A stretch of DNA of 64,000 bases from Moniliella sp. 'wahieum' (lineage: Eukaryota): NCBI GenBank assembly GCA_003971905.1, contig RSEE01000007.1, positions 806,001-870,000 of the forward strand, given 5' to 3'. Made by a program: the position numbers and the translations under genes. Below the pieces are notes generated by a model, which was not told the origin of the DNA, did no database searches, and was given only the letters and a program-made list of their open reading frames with translations. Below are positions 37,954 through 50,336 of this stretch, one piece after another (within the stretch, counting starts at the first letter, position 1; every line of letters begins with the position of its first letter).

Positions 37954-38006
37954 GCGGGGACAGCGGGGACAGCGGGGACAGCGGGGACAGCGGGGACAGC
38001 GGGGCA
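37954..38006. repeat. (GCGGGGACA)x~6 9-bp minisatellite, G-quadruplex-capable
   Basis: Five perfect gcggggaca units plus gcggggca. Confidence 0.95.
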
Positions 38007-38711
38007 GTGGTCGCCGCAGTGGTGGCCAGTGTTTGGCTTTTTTGTGGTAGAAACGAGATGAGATTTGTGAGAGAAGTGAGCTCTGTGGAAATCGGAGACG
38101 AGGCACCGCTGCGAAACAGCGCGAATGGGGGAGGCGCCACAGCGGGGTAGGGTCTGGTAGGGTTTTCGATTATGCAATGAATCATCCATTCACTCGTACT
38201 GGTCAGGCGCCTCTACCTGGGAAAACGGTGTCAAAACCACAACGCGCAACGCCGCAATGCGGAACGCAACCGATTCGTTTAAGCTTCTAGACGCCGTACT
38301 TAGCAAAGTCTATATCTGCAGGTGCCTCCAGGTGACATCTCCGCTTTTCCTCTCCTTCCAGCGCAACACGCGAAGAGGACGCCACGTCGCAGTTGAATGC
38401 ACCAACATGCATATCGCAAGGAGAACCAACAGTGCGTTCTCAGCAAAGGAGAGAGGGATGCCAACGAGAGAGGAGTATGAATTTTGGTGTGAGGCCAATC
38501 GGGTGGTAGGAAGGCAGAGGAGGATAATGAATGTAATGCCCACAGAGGGTAGAGGAGCGTGACAGAGTACCAATGTGCTCCGGTGTGTGGGGGAGAGTGA
38601 AGACCTTTTGGTAACAAACGAGAGAGAGGGTGGTATGGCCCAGCAGCAGGAAACCGCGGCAGGCATGATCTAACAAGTCAGAATGACAGTGGGAGGAAAT
38701 AAGGAGCGAAA

Positions 38712-40116
38712 TTAAGCCACCAGAGGGAGAGGGAACGGGGGAAAGGCAAGTGTGGTTAATGGAACCGTGGAATCAAGCTGCGCCTTCGTTCGGACCGATC
38801 GGGATCCGTTGGCTCGGCGACTGATTCGGACCGTGGAAGGGTATTCTTCCGTTTGCGAAAGAGAGGAAGGTGGCAGGGCTTGCAGAAAATTTGACCCGGC
38901 GGCGAGGCGGGGGAGGGAGGGAGGGCAGCAGTGCGGCCTGTTCCGGCTGGGCCAAGGGTTTTCCAGGCGTGGCAGCGCCGGCGGCGTTGGAGGCAGGGGT
39001 AGGGGAAGCGGCAGCGCACACTGGTCTTCCAACCGATCTTATTGGCCTGTGCGACGCGATCTAGGAGCCCATTCAGATCGAGTTGAAGTGACGCCGTCAT
39101 GGGCGCATGGACATGCATCGAGGTACGACGCGACAGCCTCGGGACCGAGCGAGCGCGAGGCGCACAGTCCCCTTTCCTGCTGGCTCTTGCACTCTTCCTA
39201 CGCATTTTCGCCCATCCTGCACCCTCGCCTCTTCCTCTTCTCCCCCGTTTCTCGAGGCGCAGTGAGTGAGAAGGATAGGATGTGGGACGGGGCAGATTTA
39301 GGTACGGAGAGGGGTGAAGAGATGCACGCGCGTGGGTGGGGCGACGAAGAAAAAATGGTGCGCAGCCTGGCGTTGGACTGGCATGGCGGCTTTCCTCGCG
39401 TGACTTTCTCCGCGTCCTCGTCTCTCCGTCTAATTGGATGCGAGGACGCACATCGAGGGACGGGCGGTCTGCGGGGGCGGGGCAGAAGCGGCGAATCGGC
39501 CTGGCTGCTCGCTTCTTCCGGCAACGGGCGAAGACACAAGCTCGATTCGCGCCGTAACGTTTGCAAAGCATCCTCGAGCCGTTGCAGGGCCACTTGCGGT
39601 GATTTAGATACGGGCGTGAGTGGGGTAGGGAGCTTATGCTGATCGTCACCGAGCGAAGCCGGCGATTGGGCTGGATGGCTGGGATCGAGCGGGGGTAAGC
39701 TGATCCCCTGTTACGCCGTATCCGCGCTCGCTGTCCCCTCTGTTCCGGTTGTACTGGAGTCCCAGGAGGGAAGAGCAAGCAGGAAGACCGCTAGGCAAGG
39801 GCGGTACGGGGGGCAGAGGCAATGTCGGTGTCGGGCCCGGGGAAGAGGTGCGTCGGGCCCGAGGAGAAATCGAGGATGCGGAGGAGGGCGGGGGCACGGT
39901 GACAGTGACTGTCTCGACGGGGTCGCTTTCGTAGCCGGTGGGGTGGAACGAGCCAGACACGGATACGGCTACGGCGCGTGCGGCCGACTTGGGTGGCATT
40001 CCGAGTTGGATGTGGTGGGCAATGGCTTCCATGTCGCTGATAGCAGCGTCCCATGAGTCGGCGCTGAGGGCGCTGACGAGGCTGTCATGCCGCCGTCCTT
40101 CTCGCGGAAGCGCCAT
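38712..40116 (-). CDS. Hypothetical Pro/Ser-rich protein (frameshifted chain of ORFs)
   Basis: ATG 40116 MALPREGRRHDSLVSALSADSWDAAISDMEAIAHHI. Continues via ALQRLEDALQTLRRESS and LPLPLPPTPP to a stop at 38712. No recognisable domain. Confidence 0.45.
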
Positions 40117-43052
40117 TGGGTGTGTATGCGGGGGCGCGAAGAGTTGGTGCCAGAGAGGGAAGAAAAGGAGAAGGGTGGATGGTGGACATGCGCTGCTGGC
40201 TTGGGGGGAAACAGGGCGTAGCCTATCTGCGGCGGGGCGTTGGGCGCGATGGTGTAGTCGCAGACTGGGTGCGGGTAGGTGCTGGAGAAAACAACACCGC
40301 TACGTACCATGCGACAGTGATTTAGCTTTGGGCTTAGCGTATACAAGGCTTGAAACGGAAAGCTTAAGCTTAAATATGCCATCCCATGTCCCAGCCACAG
40401 CGCTGCCTTGCCCCACCCATCACCCATCATGCATCACCCATCACCAGCATCACCTCTTCTCCAGTGCCGATCACCGAATGCCCACTACTAGCTACTGCCC
40501 CCGAGCTTGGGTGGTGCCCGGCACTGCACACTGCCCATCTGCCCGGCAGCATCTGCTGAGATAGCGACTAGGCAGGTGCGGCATGTGTCACGTCCGAGGC
40601 TGATCTATGATCTGAGAGATGAATATGAATATTCGATCGATGAATACGCTTTGGACTGGGGAGTGTGCCATTCTAGTAGCAACCACACTTCTCCATACCA
40701 ACAGCACCGGCAGCACAATCTCCCTCGCACTTCTCGCATCTCTACCGCAATCACTCGCATCACCATCATCCTCACCGCCATCCCCGACGCCAGCACACCC
40801 ACCACCTACTCCCAGCGCCCAGCCACCCACACGTGTTAAGCTGTCCCCTACAGTACAAGCTAGAGTATAGCGTGCGTTTCAAATTGACTTCTATCCCTAG
40901 TCTGCGATGAGGTCTTAGTAAGGCTTCGGCCTCAGTGAGGTCAGGCCGGATTATTAGGTGTATCGTCCTCGGCAGCTTCCCACCCTCCCCCGTGCCAACA
41001 ACTAATCAGACCATTTCATGTGTATACATACTTTCCTCACCTCCACACACCCCACCGCCAGGCTTCAGGAACTTCAAGTGAAGCTTCAGGCCCTTCAGGC
41101 CCTAGGGGGCACTCCCGCCGTTCCCTCGGTAATTTTCTTACTCCGTTTCCCTTTGGGCTCTTTGCGCTGTCCCTAGCTTGGCCGGGGGCATCCCAGATCG
41201 TAACGCGCAATGCCTATATTTTTTTCAATTGAGACAGGAAACATTACGTTGGATAGGCGGATGTGTCGTTGAACCTTACCCTGCCTAGGTCTGTGCGCCC
41301 CATAACCGGAGGATAACCGGGAACCGGTGCCCTTCTTGAAGAACATCATCGGCATCGATCATCGAGATCATCTTACCTGCCCACCAACGTGCTTCCTAGA
41401 TCACCAATCATTCATGAATGTTCCACCCCGCTTCGCTCTGAAGGGAAGCTTATATATGTGTGCTGGGCGCTAGGCACCGACGGTGCAAACGGTTCACGTG
41501 GTCCTTGCTACGAATGGGGCCGGATCCACATGGGTTTCCAGCGAGACCCGTGAGCGCGGTAGGGTTCCCATTTTCAGGCGAGACCCCACCAGTCCCCCAC
41601 CACCCCCACCCTTTCATCGGTTTTGCACACAGAGGCATTCAGTACTCGTCGTGCACCTGGCATCATAAACCAAACATGAACCAACGACATTCAACGCAAT
41701 TTCGACCGCTGGCAAGTAGCAACCCTCCCGCTTCCCTGTTGTGCCATCGATCCTATTTCCCCTTGGAGTTTTGGTTGATCTAGCCTCTTGTCCCTCGGTC
41801 CAACAGCAGTCCGATGTACCGACGGTGGGCCACAGGGCAACACAGCTGAGCGCTTCGAGCTTACTGTGCTTACGGGGTCCCCACGGGGGACCCCGCCCCC
41901 GCCACCCACAAGTCACGGTGATTCGTGACGCGGTCGCTTCACCGCACGAGCTCCTCTCCGCTCCAAGTCCCCCGCCCTCTCTTCTTTTGTGACATGTGAC
42001 GCATGTGACTGGCCGACCCAACGGGCCCCGGTCCGGACCCGGGACGCGAAAGCGATACGATTGAGCGGATTGAGTGCACCGGCTGACCGCTCAAGGGTTG
42101 TTGGGCTGAAGGTTCAAGTTGAACGTTGAGCCCTGCTGTGAGCCACTCCGGCTCAGCGGCTGAGCCCGAATCCTGATACTCATTGGCGGGCATGCTTGTT
42201 GCTCGTTCAGGCTCAGTACTCAGTGCCATCAAGGCGGGAACGACCAAGTCGATGAGAGCAATGTTATGCAAGTTATGTGTGGGCGGGCCAGCGAGATGCA
42301 AGCCATATTGGTAGCTAGCTCTAGCTAATAGTTTTGGGGGACGTACGAGGGGCTGAGCCTGTGTCATCCAACTAGGTCTCATTAGGGTACGTGATAAGGT
42401 TGTCGTGCTAGCGCGGCAAGATAGGATCGGCAAAGGTCAGGAGGTAGGGCAAAGGCAGGAGCAATTTTGGGGGCGGCAAACAGGCTTCAAGGTTCAAGGT
42501 TCAACGTCGGAAACAAGAGGCAGGGAAAGGAAAGCAAGGGATCGGACAACGGGGACGTCACAAAAGGTCTGTAAGACTGAATGGGAAGCGTTCCAGACAT
42601 TCGGCAGTCCAAGCCGTCACGACAGAAGACCTCATTGTGCAGGATGCATGATGCAGGTGCACGCACAGGGTTAGAGATGGAGTCAAAAGATGGGCAAAGG
42701 AAAGAACAAGAGTCACGCGTGCTACAGGTTGTCAACAGCGGGAATGATGCGCATTAACCAACACTGTGCATCAATTGGTGGCCAACGGTGGACTGCAGCG
42801 AGATAGAGGAAATGATGAGGGGGAAAGGGCGAAGGGGGGGGGGGAAAGAGAAGGGGAGGGAAGAGAAGGGAAGGGGGAAGGGATGATCGACAATGTGTCA
42901 AGCGTATACCGAGAGGGGATAGGGGAGTCAAGGGTCCTGGGTCGAAGCATGATGATCAATGCAGGGCAAGCCAGGGTGACATGTGGGAGCCAACCCTTGC
43001 CTTCTATCTTATTGGGCAGCAGTCTCCATGCTAGGCCCTAGACCGGGGGCAG

Positions 43053-44719
43053 TTAGATCAGCATCGAGGGCAAGTCCTCCAGGTAGTTCTTGAGCTTGAC
43101 GAGGAAGGTGACCGCTTCACGGCCGTCGAGGAGACGGTGGTCGTACGTCAGGGCGACGACCATGATGGGGCGAATTTCCACCTTGCCATTGACCACCACG
43201 GGTTTCTCCTTGATACCGTGCATGCCCAAGATGGCCGCGCCGGGCAGGTTGAGGATGGGCGTGCCAAACAGCGACCCAAACACACCCCCGTTCGAGATGG
43301 TAAACGTGCCGCCCTGCATGTCCTCCAGGGTCAACTTGCCGTCGCGGGCCTTGGTGCCCAGCGCAGCGATCGCCGCCTCAATCTCCACCAGCGACATGGA
43401 CTCAATGTTGCGCACGACCGGGGTGACGAGACCCTTGGGCGTCGACACGGCAACGGCCAAGTCAACATAATCGTGGTACGCAATCGTGTCGCCCAGACCA
43501 GGGCCCTCGATCTGCGCGTTGGCAGCCGGGATCTCCTTGAGCGCCAGCGCCGACGCCTTGGAGAAGGCACTCATGAAGCCAAGCTTGACGCCAGTCGCCT
43601 TCAACACGGCGTCCTTGTGGCGTGCACGGAAGGCCATCAGGCCGCTCATGTCAATTTCATTGAACGTCGTCAAGCTGGCCGCCGTGTTTTGCGACTGCTT
43701 CAACCGTTCCGCAATGCGCAGACGCATCCGGTTCATCTTGACCCGGTGCACGGCACGGCTGCCAGCCACGGGCTTCTCCTCCACAGGAGCAGGCGCAGCA
43801 TCCTTCTTGGGCGCAGGGCCGCCGGTTTGGAAGGCGCAGCAGGCGCAGGCGTGGGGGCTGCGGAGGGGGCAGGAGCAGAAGGAGTAGGGGCGCTGGCCGC
43901 AGGCGCGGGAGCGGCAGCAGCGGGTGCCCCGCCAGCAGGCGCGTCCGCGGGCTGGATCTTGAACAGCGGGTGTTCCACCTCGACCGTGTCGCCCTCCTTG
44001 GCCAGGGTTTCTTGCACAAAGCCACTCACAGGTGCATTGACGCTCACATCAATCTTGTCCGTCTCGATGCTGGCCACCTCATCGCCCTCCTTGACGTACT
44101 CACCAGGTTGCTTGAGCCACTGCTTCAGCGTGCCTTCCGTGATGGACTCGGCGAGCGAGGGAACGTTGACGGTCTGCACAGGGCCCGTAGCCTTGCCCTC
44201 GCTCGCGCCCGAAGGTGCCGGGGCAGCAGGAGCAGGCGAAGCAGCGGGCGGCTCGGCAGCCTGGGGGGCAGGGGCAGCAGCGCCGCCGGAAGGAGGAGGA
44301 CCGGGCTCAATGATGGCAATTTCGTGGCCGACTTCAATGTTGTCATCGGGGTTGGCCAGCGTCTTGGTCAAAATGCCGCTGACGGGCGCATTGATGCTCA
44401 CGTCAATCTTGTCCGTCTCGACACTGGCGATCTCCTCGCCCTCCTGGACATACTCGCCGGGCTGCTTGAGCCACTGCTTGAGCGTGCCCTCGGTGATGGA
44501 CTCGGCGAGCTCGGGGACCTTGACCGAGTCGAGCGCATACGCAGACGAGTGGAGGCCACGCAGGGCCAGGGGCGTAGCGGCGGGCGGACGAGCGCACCAC
44601 GAGGCGCGGCGGCCAGGCTCAGCGCACGGGCGGCGGGGGAGGGGGGCGCGGGGGAGGATGCGGGGGCGGGCCGCAAGGACGCGGGGAGCGGAGGGGCGGA
44701 GCAGGCGAGGCGCAAGCAT
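43053..44719 (-). CDS. KGD2: Dihydrolipoamide succinyltransferase (E2 of 2-oxoglutarate dehydrogenase) with two lipoyl domains
   Basis: Presequence MLAPRLLRP. Two [20 protein letters not shown] lipoyl domains, then [45 protein letters not shown] and [15 protein letters not shown]. Confidence 0.97.
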
Positions 44720-45487
44720 GGCGGCGACGCGGAGGGGAGCAGCGGTGGTTGGCAGAGCCAGGAGGTGGAGGTGGCTGGCTGCCCAGAAGGTTGCCCAGCG
44801 CTGCACAGACCCAGCCAGCCACCGCCCACCGACGTCATCGATCGCTCATCCGCACCGCGCTGGCACCGCGCCGGTCTGTCGGGCGGCACGTGGCAGCCCT
44901 GCACCCCTGGGTGCAGTGGATGCGCACGCTGGTGCTGAGCGCTGACGCGCTGACGGCAGCGCTGCGCTTGCCTCCGCCTGACTAATTGCCCGTGACCACC
45001 CGCGGCACACTGCCTCTCCGTCGCGCTCCCGCCTATAATCTTCCGCCGCCGCACACCGCTTGCAGCCGCTCCCGGGCCCCTCCGACAGCTCGCCGCATTC
45101 CGCCCAGCCTGTTCCGCCGCCGCACGTCTCCGTGCTTACGTTTCCAGCTGCAAGGAGTGGGCGCATGCATGCCGGCCCAGTCCAGCTCATCGATCATCCG
45201 CACCGACGAGTGGGCGCCGCTGTTGCAATGTTCACGCCATGCGCGGAGAAGTGTGGGTGGCCGTGGAGAATTATCGCTGCGGAGGAAGCAACGCCGATGG
45301 GCGGACATGCGCACAGACTGCCCCTGAGCCTGTCGTCGCGTTCACGTTTCGCCGCGTAGTCAAGCGGACTTGGCTGGGCCCACACACACAGGTGCCGCCG
45401 GCAGCAGCCCCTCCCTCCCTGTCTCTCCACCACCACCAACCACTACCTTCCTCCCCTCCCTCCCCTGTTGTCTTTGTTGTTCCCGCC

Positions 45488-46679
45488 ATGTCCAAGACGT
45501 TCAGCATTGCTGTTCTTCCGGCGACGGCATCGGGCCCGAAATCGTGGCCGAGGCCAGCCGCATCCTCGAGCTCGTTGCGTCCAAGAGCGACTTTGACCTC
45601 AAGCTCACCTCCTACGACTTTGGCGGCCGCCATCGACTCGTCCGGCGACTTACCCCACCAAGACGCGCGAGGCATGCAAGGTTGCTGACGCCATTCTGCT
45701 TGGTACGCCTTTCCCCTCCTTGTTTTTCTCTCCTTTCTCCCCCTCCCTCCCCTAACAACCCACGTGAAATCCAGGTGCCGTTGGCGGGCCCAAGGGGCGT
45801 GGGCAAGGTGCGCCCGAGCAAGGCTTGCTAGCCATCCGCAAGGAACTTGACCTCTACGCCAACATTCGTCCGGCCTCCTTCATCTCGGACTCGCTTGTGG
45901 AGCACTCGCCGTTGCGCCCTGAGATTGTTCGTGGCACGGACGTGATGTGGTGCGGGAGCTGGTCAAGGGCTTGTACTTTGGCTCGCGTACCGAGGCGGAC
46001 CTGTCGAGGGTAGCAAGGGGAAGCGGTGGACCAGATGGTGTACGACCGGGCGGACGTGGAACGGATCACGCGCCTGGCTGCCTACTTGGCCCTCCAGCAC
46101 AACCCCCCGCTGCCTATTCACTCGATTGACAAGGCCAATGTGCTGGCCACCAGCCGGCTGTGGCGTAAGGTCGTCACAGACACGCTCGAGAAGGAGTTTG
46201 GGGACAAGAACATTCCCCTCGACCATCACCTGGTTGACAGTGCTGCGATGCTGATGGTGAGCAACCCTCGCAAGCTCAATGGCATTCTCCTTACCGAGAA
46301 CATGTTTGGCGACATTCTCTCGGACGAATCCAGTGTCCTGCCCGGCTCGTTGGGGCTGCTGCCTTCTGGCTCTCTGTCTGCCCTGCCCGACGGCAAGAAC
46401 CGGTGCAATGGCATCTACGAGCCCATCCATGGTTCGGCGCCCGACATTGCCGGGAAAGGGATTGCCAACCCCATTGGGACCATCTTGTCGGCCGCGCTTT
46501 TGCTCCGCTGGTCTCTTGCCCAGCCGGCCGCAGCAGAGAAGGTGGAGGCCGCGGTGCGCAAGGTGCTGGATGCTCCGGAGATTGGCGGGCGCGGCCTGCG
46601 GACACGCGACTTGGGTGGCCAAACGTCGACCAAGGAGATGGGCCAGGCGATCTACGAGGAGTTGGAGAAGCTGCTGTAA
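45488..46679 (+). CDS. LEU2: 3-isopropylmalate dehydrogenase
   Basis: [18 protein letters not shown] across intron 45703-45774, [61 protein letters not shown]. Confidence 0.97.
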
Positions 46680-47395
46680 GCGCTTGCTGCTTGCCCGGGT
46701 GAAAAAATAAGTACATGTATTGCATTTTCCAGCGCATCTTCTTTCACATTGGGGACGAGAGCCGGGCAGTTGCGGATGCATTAGGCCGTAGGGGAGAGAG
46801 CAAGTGGAGCTGCTAGCCATCTTGAGGCTGGAGTGCCAGTTGGTGCTGTGGTGGATGCAACGCTGAACATGAGTCGGTGAGATATTGCAAGAGAGTGGCT
46901 CGTGCGAGGCAGGGCACGACAAGAGACAAGGGGGGCCACGTGGGGAGTGGGATATGCATGGGGGCGCATTATTAATTGTCTAGTGGGTTCCCACGCGCAG
47001 ACGCTGGACGGGCAAGGCGGTGCTGGGAGCAGCGGGGGCCGCGCGAGGCCAGCAGAGAGCAGAGCGCGCGAGGGATGTTGGGCGGAGCAAGCGGAGCAAG
47101 CAAGCGCCGACGTGTCTTTTTGTCTTTTCAGATGCGGGCTACAAGGGCGTGATTGCCTCCACGTCGGCACGAGGCGGGACGGACGGGCGGATTGAACATT
47201 GCAAATTGAATTGTGGTTCCCAGGCCGCCGCTCCTCCTCCTCGCCCTCTGCTTCTGTCGCGTGGGGTGGGACGCTGGTGTTGCTTGCGCCCCCTCTGCTC
47301 CTCCTGGCCCGGCCCCTCTTCTCCCGCCTCGCCCTCCTCCCCGTCTCTCTCCCCACGCCGCGCCGGCCGCGGCCCCCTACTCCCTCCCGCCCCCG

Positions 47396-49624
47396 ATGGC
47401 CCCGGACGACGACGGCTTCACCGCCGTGCGCGCACAGGAGGCGCCCCAGGCACGTCTCCTGCGCCTCGCCGGTCTGTTCGACAAGTTGACCGATGCCGCG
47501 CGCGACGAGGCGTTTGCTGCCGGCCGCGCCAAGGATGCCTGGACGCGCACCGCCATCGCTGCCCAGGCCGGCACCGCTGCCCCGGCGCCTTTGCCCGGGT
47601 ACGCCCCCGCGGCCGATGGCCGTGCGGGGCCGCCGACCCATGCGCCCGACGAGGCGCGGCCCCAGTATGCGCGCGAACTTGGCCCAGTGCCAGCCCGATC
47701 CGCCGTCTTCCCATCCCAAGGGGACAGGCGACTACGGCGAGTACGGGCTGGATCGACGCTGTCGCATGCGGCGGCGATGTGGCGGCGGTACATGTACCCC
47801 CCGCATCGCCTGCTTCTGCCTCCTCCTCCCCTGCCCCCCGCCTGCCTCGCCCGCGCCCGAAGGCACCGCACACCATTACCCCCGCTCGGGCCAGAGAATG
47901 GATACCCCGGGTCGCACGTCTTTGGCCTGCTCCCACCGCCTCCGTCCCCGCCCTTGTCGACCAGCAGCGACGACCGCACCCGACAACGGCAGCTCGAGTG
48001 TGCACGCCTTCCTGCGCTATGCGGCGCTGAAGAGCGAGAGCTGTACAGCGTTTTTCGACATTTGGACCAGGACCGCGAGGCCGACTGACTGTGCGCGAGG
48101 TGGAAGCTGCCTTGGCCCGCAGACATTACCCTCTCGACACCCAGCTGCAGACTTTATTGCTCGCTCAGCAGCAGTCGCAACTGGCACGCGCACCTCACTG
48201 GGGATGCGGTGCCCCCCAGCCAGGCGAGGGCGACACCCTGGTCCGACAGCGTATGTGACCTGGCCTGAATTTCGGGACTACCTGTTACTCTTGCCGCGCA
48301 CGCCGAGTGTGCCCGAGATTGTGCGGTTCTACCAAGCGCGCAAGGTCTATGGCCTGTTCCGGCGCGAGAGTGGCATTTTCCGTGACTTGGCCTCGGGCAG
48401 CTGGGCGCACAGTTACTACCACTTTACCGCGCATGAACGCGGCGGCGCCGGTGTGACGGCCGATGGCGATTCGGATGTGACGGGCAACTTGGACGATGCG
48501 ACACGCAAGTTCAAGCCCAAACGACCCGAACCTGACTCGGACACCACCGAGACGCCCGTTGCTGAGCTGATGGATGACGAGGCGCTGGACGAAGAACAGC
48601 TGGAAGAGGAGGGAAGCATCCTCCCGGGCGGGGTGGCGATCAAGTATCTTCTCGCTGGCGGCATTGCCGGTGGCATTTCCCGTACTGCCACGGCCCCCTT
48701 TGATCGGCTCAAGGTGTACCTGATTACCCAGAGTACCGCCGTACCCAACGGTAAGAAGGCCATGCGGGACGAATGATGGAGGCGGCTCGGACGCTGTACG
48801 TCAAAGGCGGTGGCCTGCGTTCGTTTTGGGTCGGCAATGGCCTGAACGTCGTCAAGATCTTCCCCGAATCGGCAATCAAGTTCTTCTCGTACGAATCGAT
48901 CAAACGCGTCTTTGCTCAACAAGTTGATCACGTCTCGGACCCACGTGACATTTCCCCGCGCTCCCGTTTCATCTCGGGTGGTCTGGCCGGGATCACGGCC
49001 CAACTTTGTACGTCCGCCCTCTTGAGCGCCAGGGGGTTTTGCGTGCTGCGGACATGGACTGACCTGACCGATTTATTGCATTGCCTCCCTAGCCATCTAC
49101 CCCGTCGAGACCGTCAAGACGGTGATGATGAGTTCCTCCTACAATGGCCGTGGAGACGGGGGTCGACGAGCATGGCTGTTGTCCAGACCGTGCGCTCCAT
49201 CTACGCCAAAGGAGGTGTGCGGGGCTTCTATCGTGGTCTACCCGCTGGGCTGGTGGGCGTGTTCCCCTACAGTGCGATCGATATGTCGACGTTTGAAGGT
49301 GCCAAGCTGGCCTACTTGCAGGCGGCCGGCCGGAGCGACATGCCCGTGTACGCAACGCTGATGATTGGCTCCTTTAGTGGCTCGGCTGGGGCCATCACGG
49401 TCTACCCGCTCAACTTGGTCCGCACCCGTCTCCAGGCCAGTGGCACGCCCGCCCATCCTTATATCTACCATGGCTTTGTCGATGCCTTTCGCCAGACGTA
49501 TGTGCGCGAAGGGATCCGAGGCTTCTATGGCGGCCTGGGCCCAACCTTGGCCAAGGTCATTCCGGCCGTGTCGATTTCGTACACGGTGTATGAGCAGAGC
49601 AAAAAGCTGTTGGGCGTGCTCTAA
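47396..49624 (+). CDS. SAL1: Calcium-binding mitochondrial ATP-Mg/Pi carrier
   Basis: N-terminal EF-hand-like region (ELYSVFRHLDQDR, VTWPEFRDYLLLLP). Three carrier repeats: LAGGIAGGISRTATAPFDRLKV, GNGLNVVKIFPESAIKF, IYPVET (intron 49008-49092), VYPLNLVRTRLQA. Confidence 0.92.
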
Positions 49625-50336
49625 CACACCCCTCGGCTTCACCCCCTCCGTTCCTCGTTACCTAAGATCAAAGAATCCGAGTTGGCTGTTGTTTGCTTGC
49701 TTGCCTGTTTGTCTGTTTGTTTGTGTTGGCGCTGGCCACCTGGTTTGACCATCTTTCTCGACCGGGTTCGGGTTCATCGACCCATGCCTGCCCTCCTTCC
49801 ACACACCACCCGTCTACCCCTATGCACCCGCCCGTTCTTGATCCATCCCCGCATCCCATCACAACCATTGAGCTTGTTGCGCATGGGCAGACCGGTCCCT
49901 TACCACTTCAGATAGGACACAGTCCACCAGCAAGGAAGCTCGTCGACTGGGTAACCTATGGGGAGGGGGAGAGAAACTGGCTGATACGCCACAAAAAGTA
50001 AGGAGAAAGGGAACAAGTACGTTACGTGCGAAATCAACAGGCACAGAAGAAAATGGCAAGGGCAGCGGGGGAGAAATAAGGGGGCAAGAGGAGGGAGAGG
50101 GGGCTTGGACACAAGATCGAAATCAAGATAGGGTCAAAGCCTGCGCCTCAGGCCGCTGGCCATCGGTGTGGTCGTAGGATCGTGCAGCGAGGCTGCCACA
50201 GCGCACTTTGACGTGCGCCATGGCCCGGCGGGCAAAAAAAGGGATACAGTAGGAGAGGAAGAGGGACATACGGAGATGATATCGCAGGGTGAAAGGGGAG
50301 GAGAGGAGAGGAGAGGAGAGATGGGAAGCTTGGACT

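Noticed and set aside
43137..44945. Long antisense ORFs (602 aa here; also 22635-23528, 35033-36202, 9406-10281, 24144-24986)
   Set aside because: These are shadows of real genes on the opposite strand, expected in GC-rich, codon-biased DNA. No domains recognised.
16229..49624. Functional cluster of mitochondrial genes (PHB2, L2HGDH, IND1, KGD2, SAL1)
   Set aside because: They are interspersed with unrelated genes. Mitochondrial genes are common and there is no evidence of co-regulation.
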